64,000 nt of DNA from Podospora anserina (Eukaryota), in NCBI GenBank assembly GCA_017654855.1, contig CM030336.1, forward strand, positions 1,364,001-1,428,000, given 5' to 3'. Positions within the stretch are counted from its first letter, which is position 1; each line of letters begins with the position of its first letter. A program made the position numbers and the translations under genes. Of this stretch, positions 13,316-26,214 are shown one piece after another. The notes beneath the pieces were generated by a model. The model ran no database searches. It was not told where the DNA came from and saw nothing but the letters and a program-made list of their open reading frames with translations.

Positions 13316-15705
13316 ATCGGAGAGGGACTGGGAAGGAGATACTGAGACAGGAATACTTCTTAGTCTCGGGTCTCATAGACAAATACCGTGGGTAGAAAGC
13401 ATCAATATCAAAAGTAATCCAGGTGACTGTTAGTAACATGTAAACTCGTTGTGCTCAGCCCCCGTCAAGATGGTGTGGGCAAGCTGCCCTTTCTGCAGAA
13501 GTCTCAGACGATCCCATGAGGTGTCACATGTCAAGGTCGAAGACAGCTTCGGATACCTAGGTAATTTTCTCTTGGGCTGTTGGCACCAACGCCACTGCTC
13601 CCCAAAAGCTCGTCCTTCCAACCCCATGCCTCTCAGGACAAGGCCAAGTGAAGACACCGATATTCATCACATGGACACTGTCCCGCAACATCCGACATGG
13701 CACCATCTGTCTGGATCACATCCAGTAGATCAAAGGCAGCCAATTGCGCTTATCTCGTTACCTAATTGGGTCCTGCTCAAGGTAGATTGCTTCCCAACAG
13801 GGCCATGTTTGACCGTAACTTCACCAAAAGCAACGCCTGGAATCAATATTGGCAAAGAAGGCTGGCTCGACAACCTTCCAAAAGTAGATGTAGATGGTGT
13901 GAGCTCTTTATGCATTCTTACCAACTTATTGTTGTTCAGTCAACTCTAGGTGGCGCTATAATTGGCAAAAGGTTTAGAAGTTCCACGCCTGAGGTCCTGC
14001 TGTACAACCCAGGGAGGCTTAGAATGGCTGTGTGTTGTGGTCGAACCTCTGCTGTGCCACGCAGAGCTGTGGACGCTTACTGTGTTCTCGACCCATTGGA
14101 ACCCGATTGGCTGGGTCATGCCGGATTTAGTATGTGGTTTCATGAGATCCATCACCGGTGTCCATACCGGTAACCACCCGGCAGTCGCGATCCGAAACAT
14201 GTGGCGTTATATTCTCCCTTGGCATACGGCTTCCAAGCATGCAGAAAGGGATCAATAGATCGATCTTGATGCCGACCTCCGATCCTCTTCACCATGGGCT
14301 TTTGGGCATCATCGGCGCTTGCCCAGCTTGTGTAGGAGAAGCAATGAACCTCTACGGCTGTGCTAGCACACAAGAGGGATAGCTGCGCGGATCAAGCTTT
14401 GCGGAAGGAAGGCAAGCGGGAGGCCACCGGCCCTTCCCGGCCACAGTCGGAGTTATTGATATTGACCTACCAGTTCACCATGTTCAATAGAGTTTAGCTC
14501 CGGGTGATTTGAACCCTTTGCTTTCTGGGGTACCCTGTCTCGCCTGTCAAAGATCTGCTGGCGGTGGATGGTACTGCCGATCACTACTGGTAAGGGCATG
14601 ACGACCTGGTGCTGGAACAGCTGACTCGGGAACGCTGTGTTTGGGCTAGCGCCATCTCGCAAGCTTTTTTAGCCTCAAGATCTGCGATGTCAAATGTGGG
14701 AAGGGATCGTTGCACTGCAGATGCCACATCGCGTTTTTACTGAAGAAGCGTGGATTGGCACTATTGGGTATTGGGGCTTGATTTGTCTATCCACTCGCGG
14801 CCTTGCGATCTCTTGCCGAGTCGGCCCTGTTACGGGTATGCCTTGTCCCCTGCCAGTTCATCAGAAAATCATCTGAGCTTATACCAACGTCGGTGAGTTG
14901 CTGGAATGAATGCTCTTGCCCTGTAACCTGGAAGCATGACACCAGGCATGAAAATGGGATCCCAAGCAAAGGCACCATGTTTCAACTGTTTGGATTGCCT
15001 GGGCGCGGTATCTGAGCCGGCCTGTGTCTCAATTTTAGCAGAAATGGGAAGTGAATTCGATTGCCAGGCCAGACACTGCAATGGCTGCAGGGGAGAGACT
15101 GGGAGGGTGAGAAGCCATGATCGCCGCAGGAGGTATGCTTTCGTGAACAGTCACGATTTGTAACGTTGTAAAAAATGAAGGCTTTGCGCCGCCAAACGCG
15201 GCGACATGAGGTAGCCTGTAAGTAATTCGCAAATCCTGACTCGGCTTAGGAGGATCTAGGGGTTCCACAGCGATCTCATTGGGCCTCGCTCACCGCGATG
15301 CTATGGCATTTGAATCATTGTCATCTCAACAGAGTAACCCGTCTGAGTCTAACTCAAGATCCTCGGCATTCCTCCCATGTGCCTCCATTGAAAACCCTGT
15401 CCGTGACTCATGCCAGGAACACCCTGTTGCTGATCGTCGCGAAGCTTGGCCTTGAGGATCACTGGATAGAGCTCTGCGCGGCAACTGCGCTTTCCAGGCT
15501 TTCCACGACAGAGCCTCGCTGGAAGTCGGTGACTTGGTGACAGATGAACGCGAGATTGGCCTATAAGAGGCCCTCTCATCCTCCAGGTTCATCCAGACAT
15601 CTTCTCCATCACTCATCACAGCTCTTCATCCAACAGCCCACCCACATTCAACCACTTAACCCGACACCTTTCCATCCTTCATAAGCTCACTTCACAACCG
15701 CCAAA

Positions 15706-16449
15706 ATGGTCTCTTTCCGCAACATCATCGCTGGCACTATTGCCCTTGCTGCCCCCGCCATGGCTGCTCTCACCTCCACCCAGATTGCCGATACGCTCAG
15801 GACCTTGACAGCCAAGTCCCAGGCTCTCCAGGCTCCCGCTCAGCAGATCACCATCATCAACGGCCCTCTCATCGTCGTTGGCCTTGGCCCTTTCCCTGTT
15901 TGTCCCCTTACATGCCTACCCTCCAAGTGACAGGCTATTAATTCCTCCGCCAGCAAATCATCCAAGGTTTCACTGAGATCATCACCATCACCACTACCGC
16001 CGTCCCTCAGATTGTTGCCACCCCTAGATTCGAGCTCGACGCCGACCGGAAGACCGTCGCCGACGCCTTCCGCGAGTTTGTCCGCGTCCACCAGGTGCTT
16101 CTCAACATCTTGATCGGAAAGGCTGGCCTCTTCCAGACCGTCCCCATCATTGGACAGCCAGTTGCCGCCGTCCTTCGCCAGCTCGAGTCTGTTGTTGATG
16201 TGAGCCTTTTCTACCCCTAAGCATGACTGAACTTGAACGCTGACCAGACAGTCTGCTGCTTTTGCCCTCATCAATGTCGTCGCTGGCACCAACGATGTCC
16301 CCAATCAGGCCAACTCTCTCGGCAACACCATTGACATTGCCATCAAGAGCTACGAGGGTCTCCAGGTTACCAAGCGTGAGAATGCCATTCCCGCTGCTGC
16401 CATCAAGGCCGCCCCCATCGGCCGCCGCGCTCAGATGATCGCTGCCTAA
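15706..16449 (+). CDS. Secreted UVI-1-like protein
   Basis: Signal peptide; introns about 15898-15952 and 16200-16251. Motifs NGPLIVVGLGPFP and FVRVHQVLLNILIGKAGLF..VPIIGQPVAAVLRQLESVVD. TATA-like TATAAG at about 15562. Confidence 0.85.
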
Positions 16450-17131
16450 GTTGGTGGCTGGCGGGCTTTGGTCTAGAGAGAAGATACGAATGATGCTGGA
16501 CACGATGCTATGGAGGATAATGGGATGGGGGAAAAGTTGTGAGTTGGACAAGCGGTACCTAGTTAGCGCTGAATTTACATGCTTTGCTTTTGTTTTCACT
16601 TACTACATCACATTTCTGCACCCTTTGTGACAAGTTGTCAATCGTGTCTTTACAGGCTCTGGTTGCCACCATTGGGCTGGCTGCTGCATCATCACAACTG
16701 TTTAAAGAAGGAAGGCGCTGTGACTCTGTCAATAAGCAATTCAGGGGTTCAGGGGCTGTCATGGTGACAAAGAAGATGGTCTGTGCACACCCACTGCGGA
16801 TTTGTCAGATTTTCAACTCTGGAACATACTACATACATACGTCAAAGAAGTGGGATGAAGAGACAATAATTTTGCTGATTTGGCCATGTGCTGAAACCCA
16901 ATCAAGCCCGACAATCTGGTCCGAGTTGTTGATCAGCCCGTGTAATTGGCTGCCGGGTAACACCGGTGATGTCACAAACCTGGCTGCTGGGTCAAGGCTT
17001 GGCAATTTGGGGCACAGGCGCAGTTGCATCATAGCTGTCGATCAGCAACATAAAATAACCAGCGACCCTCTCCATCAGTGAGACAATGTTTTCATCCACA
17101 TACTATACATAGCATCGTTATACCGGCTACC

Positions 17132-18718
17132 ATGAAGCCATTCCCAGAAGCTCCCGGGGGCCACACCCCTAAGACCTTCCCCTTCAACCTCCTCCGATGG
17201 CGATTCCTCCCCATCTTCCTCGGCCTAAGCTACATCCTCTACTGCAAACTCACCTCCCAACCCATCTTCGCCCACCCACTCCCCCAACACACTGGCCCCT
17301 ACGCCGTCGGCGCAATCGATATCGAATCCCCCGTTATGCCCGTGCGCACCATCGACACAGCACGATTCAAGGCAACTTCCACCTCCGCCTTCGACCTCCA
17401 AACCGTCCTCTTCACCGTTTACTACCCCACCACCTACGCCGCCGCCAAAGCCTCAACTGTCAAACGCCACCCTTGGATCCCACGACCACTTTACCTCCGT
17501 GCTCAGGGTTACGCCAAGGCGGCGCACATCAGCAACCGGCTTGTCAATAAAATCTTCGAGATTGCACTCAAGACGCTGGCCGGGAGCATCACCATCCCCG
17601 CTGCGGTTGACGCCCCGCTAAGCGACACCGCGACGAGATACTCCCAGTTTGCGACTTCATGGGACAAGGCAGAAACACAGGAGCAGGTGCTGGAGAATGC
17701 ACAGGTGGGAGGTCACCCGGTTATCATCTTTTCTCATGGGACTGTATCCAGTAGGACGGATTACTCCCATTATGCTGGGGAGCTCGCGGCGAGGGGGTAT
17801 GTGGTTGTTATGCTTGAGCATCGAGATGGGTCTTGCCCGGGGAGTATGATCAAGCGGAAGGGACTGCCGAAGGAGAAGAGGCTCATTTTCGATGAGAGTG
17901 AGGTTGAGACTGCTGATGGGAGGGAGATTAGCGTGGAGGACTTCCACAAGGCGCAGCTCAGCTTTCGGGAGGCGGAGATTGAAGAGGCGGTTAGGGTTAT
18001 GAAGTTGATTAATATGGGGCGAGGCGCGGATGTGTATGAGTTGAACCCCAGAGGCGAGGGGGTGGATCTTGTTAACTGGGCCGGGCGGTTGAACACAGAT
18101 GAGATGATCGTTGCTGGACATAGTTATGGAGCGACTGGGGCCATGCAAGCTTTACGTGGAGGGCCGACGTCAATGAGGCCGTTCAAGGGCGCTATCATCC
18201 TTGACCCTGGGAAGCAAAGCGGTCCGTTGAACAGAGATATCAACGTCCCCATGCTTGTGGTGCACAGCAATTCTTGGAGCAGCAAGACGAGCATCTTTTA
18301 TGGAAGGGCGCACTTTGACACGGTGAAGGAGATCGTGGAGGAGAATAATGAGAGGGGAAATCCGACTTGGTTTATGACTTCTCTGGGCACCTCGCATCCC
18401 AGTGTGACGGACGCGCCGTTATTGGAGCCTTGGATTCTGAGCTTCACGACTGGGGCAACAATTGATGTTTATCAGGGGTTGAGACAGTATGTACATGTTG
18501 CGGAGGACTTCTTGGCGTTTTTGGGTGATGGAAAGGCAAGGGGGTTGCTGGCTGAGAGGGCTGAGTTTCCTCAGTACGACGCTGGTTCTGGGTTGGGGAT
18601 GTGGCAGCCTGGTCAGGGTGATAACCAGCAGGCTTGGGAGGAGAAGGGGGAGTGGTGGGATTGGAGGAGCTACTGGCAGATTCATGTGTCTCCTGCGGGA
18701 AATGGTGACAAGAACTGA
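17132..18718 (+). CDS. Platelet-activating factor acetylhydrolase-like alpha/beta hydrolase (PAF-AH II family)
   Basis: GPYAVG, PVIIFSHG..SSRTDYS, LAARGYVVVMLEHRDGS, nucleophile motif GHSYG, LDP, and an N-terminal TM segment. Uninterrupted ORF. Confidence 0.92.
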   Translation: MKPFPEAPGGHTPKTFPFNLLRWRFLPIFLGLSYILYCKLTSQPIFAHPLPQHTGPYAVGAIDIESPVMPVRTIDTARFKATSTSAFDLQTVLFTVYYPTTYAAAKASTVKRHPWIPRPLYLRAQGYAKAAHISNRLVNKIFEIALKTLAGSITIPAAVDAPLSDTATRYSQFATSWDKAETQEQVLENAQVGGHPVIIFSHGTVSSRTDYSHYAGELAARGYVVVMLEHRDGSCPGSMIKRKGLPKEKRLIFDESEVETADGREISVEDFHKAQLSFREAEIEEAVRVMKLINMGRGADVYELNPRGEGVDLVNWAGRLNTDEMIVAGHSYGATGAMQALRGGPTSMRPFKGAIILDPGKQSGPLNRDINVPMLVVHSNSWSSKTSIFYGRAHFDTVKEIVEENNERGNPTWFMTSLGTSHPSVTDAPLLEPWILSFTTGATIDVYQGLRQYVHVAEDFLAFLGDGKARGLLAERAEFPQYDAGSGLGMWQPGQGDNQQAWEEKGEWWDWRSYWQIHVSPAGNGDKN

Positions 18719-18890
18719 GGCAGTAGTGATCTGCCTTAACTTTTAGATCATTGTTTTCAGCAGGAGAGTTATCGGTGTCAGGCATGTCCATGATTAATGA
18801 ATAAATAACGACAAGACTTTTCACACCTCTGGATTACACCATGATATTTCTCGCCTCTACCGGCACTCAGCTGCTCGCAGCAATATCTAT

Positions 18891-19479
18891 TCAGCGGTTG
18901 TAATATGTCATGTGCCCAACAGTCCAACCCCACCACGGGTGGAAGGGGCTCACTACACCCTCAACAAGACAGTAATTCTCTTCTGGCTGTTGCTTGATGC
19001 TGTTCCACGGAGGCCTTGAATTTCAATCTGGATAAAAGCTACATATCTTGCCCAGGAGGTCCGGTTCACGGTACCCCGAAACCTCGACAACACACATCAT
19101 GCTCAACAAATTTCCAATGTTAATCCCAGAAGGCCATGCTTCAGATCCCCCGCGTAGACTGAAATCTTGGCTTTCGACTTCCCTTCATCATCCTTCACAT
19201 CCCAAATGCGCTTCCAACGATAGGCAGGCTCCATAGTCTTTGCTTGACGTCCGATGGTCCCATAGGTGCTTGTTCCAGGTTATGCATTGTTGATTGATAG
19301 ATTTCCCTCTCGTGCATATGAAATCCCCCGCTCTGCTCATCGAGCACGTGGTGAATATCTGGCGCCGGGATGGTGATGAATCCGAGGAATGTTCCCGGAT
19401 AATTGCTGGGCTGCGCCTCTCCATACGGCGAGATTGCTTGTTGGTGCACACGAAGTGCAAGATAACAGGGTGTGGGCAT
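18891..19479 (-). pseudogene. Unknown-family paralogue 1 (FLGFI / GY..PD..GKI / WW.W)
   Basis: MPTPCYLALRVHQ...GTFLGFITIPAPDIHHVL, then after disruptions CVVEVSGYREPDLLGKICSFYPD*...NYCLVEGVVSPFHPWWGWTVGHMTYYNR*. Confidence 0.6.
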
Positions 19480-19948
19480 CTTGTTATACCAGTATCTTTG
19501 AGCATGGCTAATGTTTCCGTACTAGAGTGGAGGTTGAGCATGCTTTCCCAGATATTCAGATATGAACAACTACCGGCTTACCTTTGATATGTCGATGATT
19601 GTTAAAATGACTTTTTGCCTTCGTCATGTCACTTCATTGATGATTCAGTCTCAGTCATCTAAAGCATCTCCTGAGTGCTAACCCTGCAGTCCCATGTCTG
19701 TATCATGAGGGTTGCCATTAAACTTGAATATTTCCCGAACTCACTAACCTCGTTATATTCGATACCTATGGAGTCACGGAGTAATATTGACTTTGGATTA
19801 TCGAGATCGCCATTCATACCACGCTCCAAATGGCGCTGTGATACATGTATTTGTCTAAGGCTGGTACCTTGTTGTTACCGGCTTGAATAAATACGATGAT
19901 GGTACCATAACCTCCTCTAACTACCATTGAATTACGTCCATCCTCGAT

Positions 19949-20640
19949 TCAAATCCCAAGGTATTCCACACCCCCAAAGTTAAAACTCCACCACCTCCAC
20001 AACTGATCCTCGCTCTTCACCCCTTGAACCAAAGACCAGGATGTCCTCCCACTCCCATCATACGGCGTCCTCACCCAAGTCGCCACATAGTTATATATCT
20101 TACCCCCCTCATCTTTATCAAAATACCCATTCACCTCCACCACCGCCGCCCAAGGCACACCTCATCAAGCGAACTGGTCGCCAGCCTGTCCTCCTGATCC
20201 GAGTACATCTTTATCTCCCCTGCCCATCTGTACGCCTAATTTCAAATCGGCCAGACGCGTTTACACACCAGGGAGGGGTGAACGTCGTTGGCGAACTTGT
20301 CCCATTTGTCAGGGACAAAATCACCGGGGCCGTAGATTCTGGAGAGGTGCTTGAGGATGTGCTCGGGCTAGAGGACGAAGCCCTGCTCGATGAGACGGTG
20401 GAAGCTTGTTGCGCGGATGATGATGAAGCCGAGGAACCCGGTGGCTGCGGGGCGGGCGTCGTTGCGGTGGAGGCGGATGATGAATTTGGCTGGGAATTCG
20501 GTGCGGCCTGGGAGGGCAAAGATGTCGGTTCGGGGCCGGGGTTTTTCCTGGGCTCGGTCGGAGAAGATTGAAGAGGGGGAGGAGGCGGGGTCGGGGTTGA
20601 GATAGGGTAGAAGGGTTGTGGGTGTTGCTGAGATGGGATG
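19949..20640 (-). pseudogene. Unknown-family paralogue 2
   Basis: KFIIRLHRND..ATGFLGFIIIRATSFHRLIEQGFVL*(20370-20368)PEHILKHLSRIYGPG, and later AVVEVNGYFDKDEGGKIYNY...SLVQGVKSEDQLWRWWSFNFGGVEY. The 5' limit is approximate. Confidence 0.6.
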
Positions 20641-21702
20641 CTTTTGACTACTTGTTAAGTCAAGATAGGTAGCCTGTGTCCCTGCTGAAGCGAAAGGTAG
20701 GTACCCATGGGCTACGTAACTCTGGAGTGTTGATAAGAGATGAGAGCTTGACTCGTTGAAAGTGACTGATCTAACTTAGCATGTTCTGCGAGCGATCCAT
20801 CTCACCCGTCTGTGTGGGTCTAGCTAAAGGTGGACCTGAGGAGCACCAGACTGGTTGCTTGGCACAGGAATGTCAAAAGATCGATTCAGACGTCCTGTGT
20901 CTTATACCGTGGTAATGATTGGGCTTAGCTTGTGATATACCAATAGAGCTTGGATCAATACCTTTATTGCTAAGACTATATCTATAGAGAGCATAGATGA
21001 TGTTGTTAGAAAGTGTGAAGATGCGACCCTACCTCACCTCACTCACCTTTCTGACTTCAGCCCTGGTAACAGTGGCGAAGACCTTGGCCTACGGCCTTCC
21101 CCTGATACAATTAACGTTTCAAGATACTCTTATTTAAGGATACTATGTGTGGGAGAGCTCAGGACTCGGCTTTCGGCCTTATTGTCTTTATTTTGGTACT
21201 CCACCCGCGTCGTCTGGCCGCCCAGATGATGGTTCCGTGAGGAGTTATCTTGGTTGATGGATCACTGGAAACCGCCGCCATTGGACATTACCGCCCCCAC
21301 CGCCCGTGAGTTCCCTTCCAACGGCTCGCCAGGCGGTATGCTTCCAATCTCGCGCCATCTTATCTCATCACCCACCTCACCTGACGATGCCTAGATTTCA
21401 ATCTTATCTCATGGAAAAAAGCGGCAAATTTTCCCCCAATACGGCCACGCAAGCACAGCCCTTCCCCCGCCTTACTCATCTGCGACTTGTCTTTTCCAGA
21501 GTTCTGCGTACCGGCCACTGTGCTTCTCTTCACCACATTTCCCATCGCACTGTTCCTCGAGGAGCGTATCACGCTGTGTATGCCGCATCGCGTATCTTAG
21601 GTATGTTCCTTTCTTAGGATTCCCTTCTCCCTTCCGCTCGCACTCTGGAATCATTCGCATACTAACCGACATTACCGACTACAGTTCAACCCATCCCACA
21701 TC

Positions 21703-23301
21703 ATGGACAGCCTCCCATCTCGACTTGATTCTCTGCGTCCAAAGATTGTGGAGCTGATGCGCATTGGTGGCACGCCTGGCCTCTCACTTGGTGCCATGCA
21801 CCAGGGCACCCAAGTGTACTTCGCCAGCTACGGCTACCGTGATGTCGAGTAACGATTGTTTCCAAACGACGAGACGATTCTTCCCGTTTGCTCTCTGACC
21901 AAGGCTGTTACCTCTGCGGACCTGGGAATCGTGGTCGATAAAAAGAAAGCGAGATGGAACACGCTGGTCAAGGACGCGCTGCCTCCGCCGGACATCCAAG
22001 ACAAACCCATCAGGACCAGATGACCATCGCCGATCTTCTCTGCCACCGATCGGCCATGGCTTGGGGTGACAATATGCTCATCGGCACTGACAGCAACATC
22101 CTCGTCAGCAGCGCAGGCTCGATGAAATATCTCAACAGTCAGACACGACTTCTGCCATTCCGCGGTCAGTTTGCCTACAACAATCTAGCGTACGAGCTCG
22201 TTGACAAAGTTATCGAGTCTCTCAGCAAAGAGTCGTTCATCGAATTTATCCAGAGTCGCATCTTTGACCGTTGGGCATGACGCGCACCTACTTCAAGACA
22301 CCGCCATCTGACCTCGACAATGTCGGAAAGTGCTACAATGCTCTGGACGACGAGACCTCCGCACCCATCACCTGTGTCAGATTGGGAGACGACGGCTCGG
22401 CGGCCCCCATGCGGGCATGCGGCCCTGCGTCAAAGACCTGATGAAGCTGTGCAAAGCGTTCATCAAAGCATTCGACCAACAAATTTCCACCGGAGAGACA
22501 TCTACCGAAGGACTACCGCGGAAGCAGATCGCGAATCTGATGTCAGCAAAGATCTTCATGGACCAGCCATCAAGAAATGAGGCCTCATATGGCTTTGGCT
22601 GGGCCCGCGTTCAGCCTCCCGGAAGAATGGGTCAGATTGGCACCAATCCCCATTTGATGCCTGAGGGGATGCCCGTTGTCGGCAAAGGAGTACCGTCCCG
22701 TTTGGTTATTTTCCACCAAGGAAGCATGCCTGGCACATTGGCTCTCAACATGCTTGTTCCGGACACGGAAAGCGCCATCGTCATCACACCCAACGCACTG
22801 GCTTTCAACGACGTCCCTGACTGGGTTGGGCAGCTGCTGCTGGAGGAGTTTCTCGAGGTTCCGACCCACAAACGCAACGATTACATCGCGGCAGCCAAGA
22901 TTTCAGCAGCTACAAATCTCCGGTGGTACCCTGATCTCGTTGAGGAGCTTGAGTGAACACGGATGAGCGGGCCATTGTCGCGGAATCTGAGTGCTTATGC
23001 CGGGACGTACTGGGATAAGCTTAATATCGTCAAGGTTGTTGTTACCGTGGAGGAAGCCCATCTCTACTGGTCTCTTCAGGACCTCAAGACCGAGAAAGTT
23101 CGACTCACTCACTATGAGGATGACGTATTCACTTGGGTCCAGCCATGCAACGAGTTATCACGGCGTGAACGATGGGTTGGTACGGACCAAGGGCCGAGCT
23201 TCTGGAAGGTGGAGTTTAAGGTTGGGCCAGATGGCAATCCTGATCGTCTGTACTAGTTCCATGACAATTATGTTCCAGTAGACGAGTACAAGAAAGAGTA
23301 A
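21703..23301 (+). pseudogene. Beta-lactamase/serine-hydrolase family pseudogene
   Basis: MDSLPSRLDSLRPKIVELMRIGGTPGLSLG..YGYRDVE*RLFPNDETILPVCSLTKA (SxxK), DLLCHRS, FAYNNLAY (YxN), HQGSMPG and AYAGTYW. Several stops and frameshifts. Confidence 0.88.
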
Positions 23302-24504
23302 CGTGTGGCCATTGTAGCTAGGATGAAGTGCGATGAGTTTGCAAAGGAAGTTTAGGGGGAGTCTTTATATGTCGTTTGTCAGACAATATGGTTTGTCAGG
23401 CAATATCACAAGTTCGATTCCATGCTCCAAATCAACTGCTGGATCCCATCTACCTACCTACCGACCTACCTATATACCTGTACACAAGACGTGTTGTTGG
23501 GGAGAGAGTTGTTCGTAAGGGTTAGGGTTTACCGACCCGACACTCAGCACAGTCCAGACCGTGCATCTGAGTGGACTGTAGTACCGTGGCAGGCCACAGT
23601 GATCCGTGTAATTCTAGCATCGCGAAGGACAGTCGCAGCAAGGTCAACTGTGAGCCAATGGAGGAAGCGTCGAATGTTGTTTTGATGTCGGTTCGAGAGA
23701 CAACACAATCGGAGATTTTTGGTTGGCCGTTGAACTTCAGCAGCCGCCCGGCCTGGTGGGGCATGCAAGTCCCCGTCAGTCGTGCGACATCGGCCTTCCG
23801 ATTGGCTGGGTTCAGCGCCTACAGAATGCCGCCAATGTCTTGGGTCAAAAAATAGCAATCGAATTCCAAGAGCCTCACTCGATCGCCTTGTTTCTTTTCC
23901 CATGTTGTGCAATTGGAGCTTAGGCGCCAATAGACGCGCTTGTTTCAAGCCGAAATGAATCATCCGTTGCCATGGATCAACGTCGGATCAAGATGGCTGG
24001 CGAACAGAACGGAGACACATAAGATGTCGAGCTGCCTCGACGGGGCTCGCTGCTTGGAGCTTCTGTTCAGCAACACAAGCACAACACACACGTCTTTTCC
24101 TTGGGTTTTGTTTCCCTTTTTTCCTTTTTCTTAGGGTCTCTTTTTTCCTATCTTTCCTTTGTGATTATCTACAGGTTTTTAACTTGGGTATTTCCTTGGG
24201 TCTTCGGTTTTCCTTGACTGCTCGATCACCGCCAGTCACCACCAGCACATCCACATCTATTCGACATTTCTTGGCAGTTGACCTGTCCCGATATCTTCCC
24301 CAAAACTTCACGCATCCAGCCGTGAAGTAACGAAACCCTGTCCCACGGTCTTATTACCAGTTGCCCAACATTCCCGTGACTACTTCCTTCCCGCCTCCCC
24401 CGACGGCGCCGTTTCCAAAATCCAAGTTTCCTCTCAGAACCGCCACCAAGGAGAGACCTTCGCTTGAGCTGGTTACCGAGTTCTACAACGCCGGGCCTAA
24501 CAAG

Positions 24505-25133
24505 ATGCGGTTCCAAGCGCCGCAGCTCGGCGCCTTGGGCGTCACCTTTACTGTCATGAGGGCATCACAGTTTGCGTGCCTCATTTCTGTCATTGGTCTT
24601 TGTGCCAACTTCATCAACGAGATTGCCACAGCCGAGCACAGTCCCCCATCAGAGCTTGTCGGTGCTTTGACAGTGGTATGTTGTCCCATTTCTCGACCAC
24701 TGCATCATATACTGACCTCAAACAGGCCGTCACAGCCATAATCTATGTGATCATCACATACATCTTGTACTACGACAACATGCTCTCGATGCTGACCACT
24801 GCTGGTCTCGACAGCCTCCTCCTCGTTGCCTCCATCGTCGTAGCTTCCTTGATTGGAAAGCCCCTTTCCATGCTCAACTGCGCTGCTCTCCCGTCCTCAG
24901 AATGGTCTGCCGGCCTGTTTTCGTCCGCACCTTCCCCAATCAAGTCGATCATCACCAAGACCGTTTCCTACATCAGCTTCGTTTTGCTTGACCAGACAAC
25001 CTGCTACCAAATCAAGGCTGTGTGGGGATTGTGCATCACCATCTGCCTGCTCTTCGCCTTTTCCACACTGGCCTGCCTCGGCCTCTGGCAACGCATCCGT
25101 CGCGAGACCAAGAACAAGGATATTGAGGGTTAG
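24505..25133 (+). CDS. MARVEL-like four-TM membrane protein
   Basis: MRFQAPQLGALGVTFTVMRASQFACLISVIGLCANFI; intron 24676-24725; GKPLSMLNC..L and TCYQIKAVWGLCI; ends KDIEG*(TAG 25131-25133). Confidence 0.88.
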
Positions 25134-25934
25134 GGGCGCGCGGGCACCTACGGAGGAGTGCGTGGTGTTGGGAAAGCATGGGAGTCGGACGTGTCTCTTG
25201 GCACAAAGTCAATGGCTTCCACCAATTCCTACTACCCAAGCTTCCCCCCTCCTCCGCTGGTGCCCATCCGCGACCGCGGAAACAGCCGTGCTCCCCCTGC
25301 GGCTTTGCTTTCTGTTGGAAATAATAACGCCCTCGGTTTGTCAATCACTCAGCCGAGATACAGCTGTGAATCGGACGCATCTTCCATCAATAGCGTTTTC
25401 ACTGGCGGCAGTCCCCCGACCAAAGGGCTGCGCCCACCGCCCAGGCTACACATGCGAGCGCCAGCCAAGACAATGCCGACGATCCCAGGGTCTCCCACTG
25501 ATGAGAAGGAGGGACAATATCAGGGCCTCTCCCCCCTGGCGTCTCGGGTCCCAGTGCTTACCTTGACAATCCCGAACACACAAGCAACAGTCACGTCTTC
25601 CAGTAACGACAAAATCCCCGAAGAACACAAACGGGTCCCAACTCGCCTTCCCTGTTCTCCTTTGTCGCCTATTAGAGGCTTCATGGCCGCTCGGCGCAAC
25701 CGCAGGTCCGGCGGTGTGCCCGTCCCACCTCCCATCGTGGTCCCTTCGCCTCCAGGCAGGAGCTCTCGCTTCAAGGAGCAAACGAGTCCCAGTCCGGCGC
25801 TGGAGACGGTGATTTTCAGCCCGCCCCCTATTCCTAGTGCTCCCAAGAAGAGGAAGACGGTCTGGGAAGGATGGTGGGATATCGGACTGTTGGAGAGGAT
25901 GAACACCATCAAGAGAAAGGCGCTCCCTAAATAG
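25134..25934 (+). CDS. Pro/Ser-rich in-frame extension behind the MARVEL-like stop (or a separate ORF)
   Basis: Stop-free frame from 25134 to TAG 25932-25934, same frame as the upstream gene. Ends KKRKTVWEGWWDIGLLERMNTIKRKALPK. Confidence 0.6.
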   Translation, partial: GRAGTYGGVRGVGKAWESDVSLGTKSMASTNSYYPSFPPPPLVPIRDRGNSRAPPAALLSVGNNNALGLSITQPRYSCESDASSINSVFTGGSPPTKGLRPPPRLHMRAPAKTMPTIPGSPTDEKEGQYQGLSPLASRVPVLTLTIPNTQATVTSSSNDKIPEEHKRVPTRLPCSPLSPIRGFMAARRNRRSGGVPVPPPIVVPSPPGRSSRFKEQTSPSPALETVIFSPPPIPSAPKKRKTVWEGWWDIGLLERMNTIKRKALPK

Positions 25935-26214
25935 ATGAACGATGATGGACGTAATGGATGATGTAGAATGAGCCTTGGTTAGGCCGGTAATCATTCGGGA
26001 TTGGAGCATAATTTTTGGGTATGGGAAAACTGGGACAGGATCATCTATCTCCCTTTGGAAGGTTGAGATATAAAATATATGAAATATGCAGAAGATAATA
26101 CAGATGGTTATTCAACACGACACTCACGGGGACTTTGTGCGGGGTCTTGATCGTAAAGCTTTTACATCTCATTGAGTGGCCTTTCTCGGAGACACAGTTG
26201 CGATTCACACCTAC

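Noticed and set aside
13450-15300. Several 60-170 aa ORFs and an intron-like segment (13898-13949)
   Set aside because: No consistent frame or recognisable motif; may be a very old pseudogene but cannot be supported.
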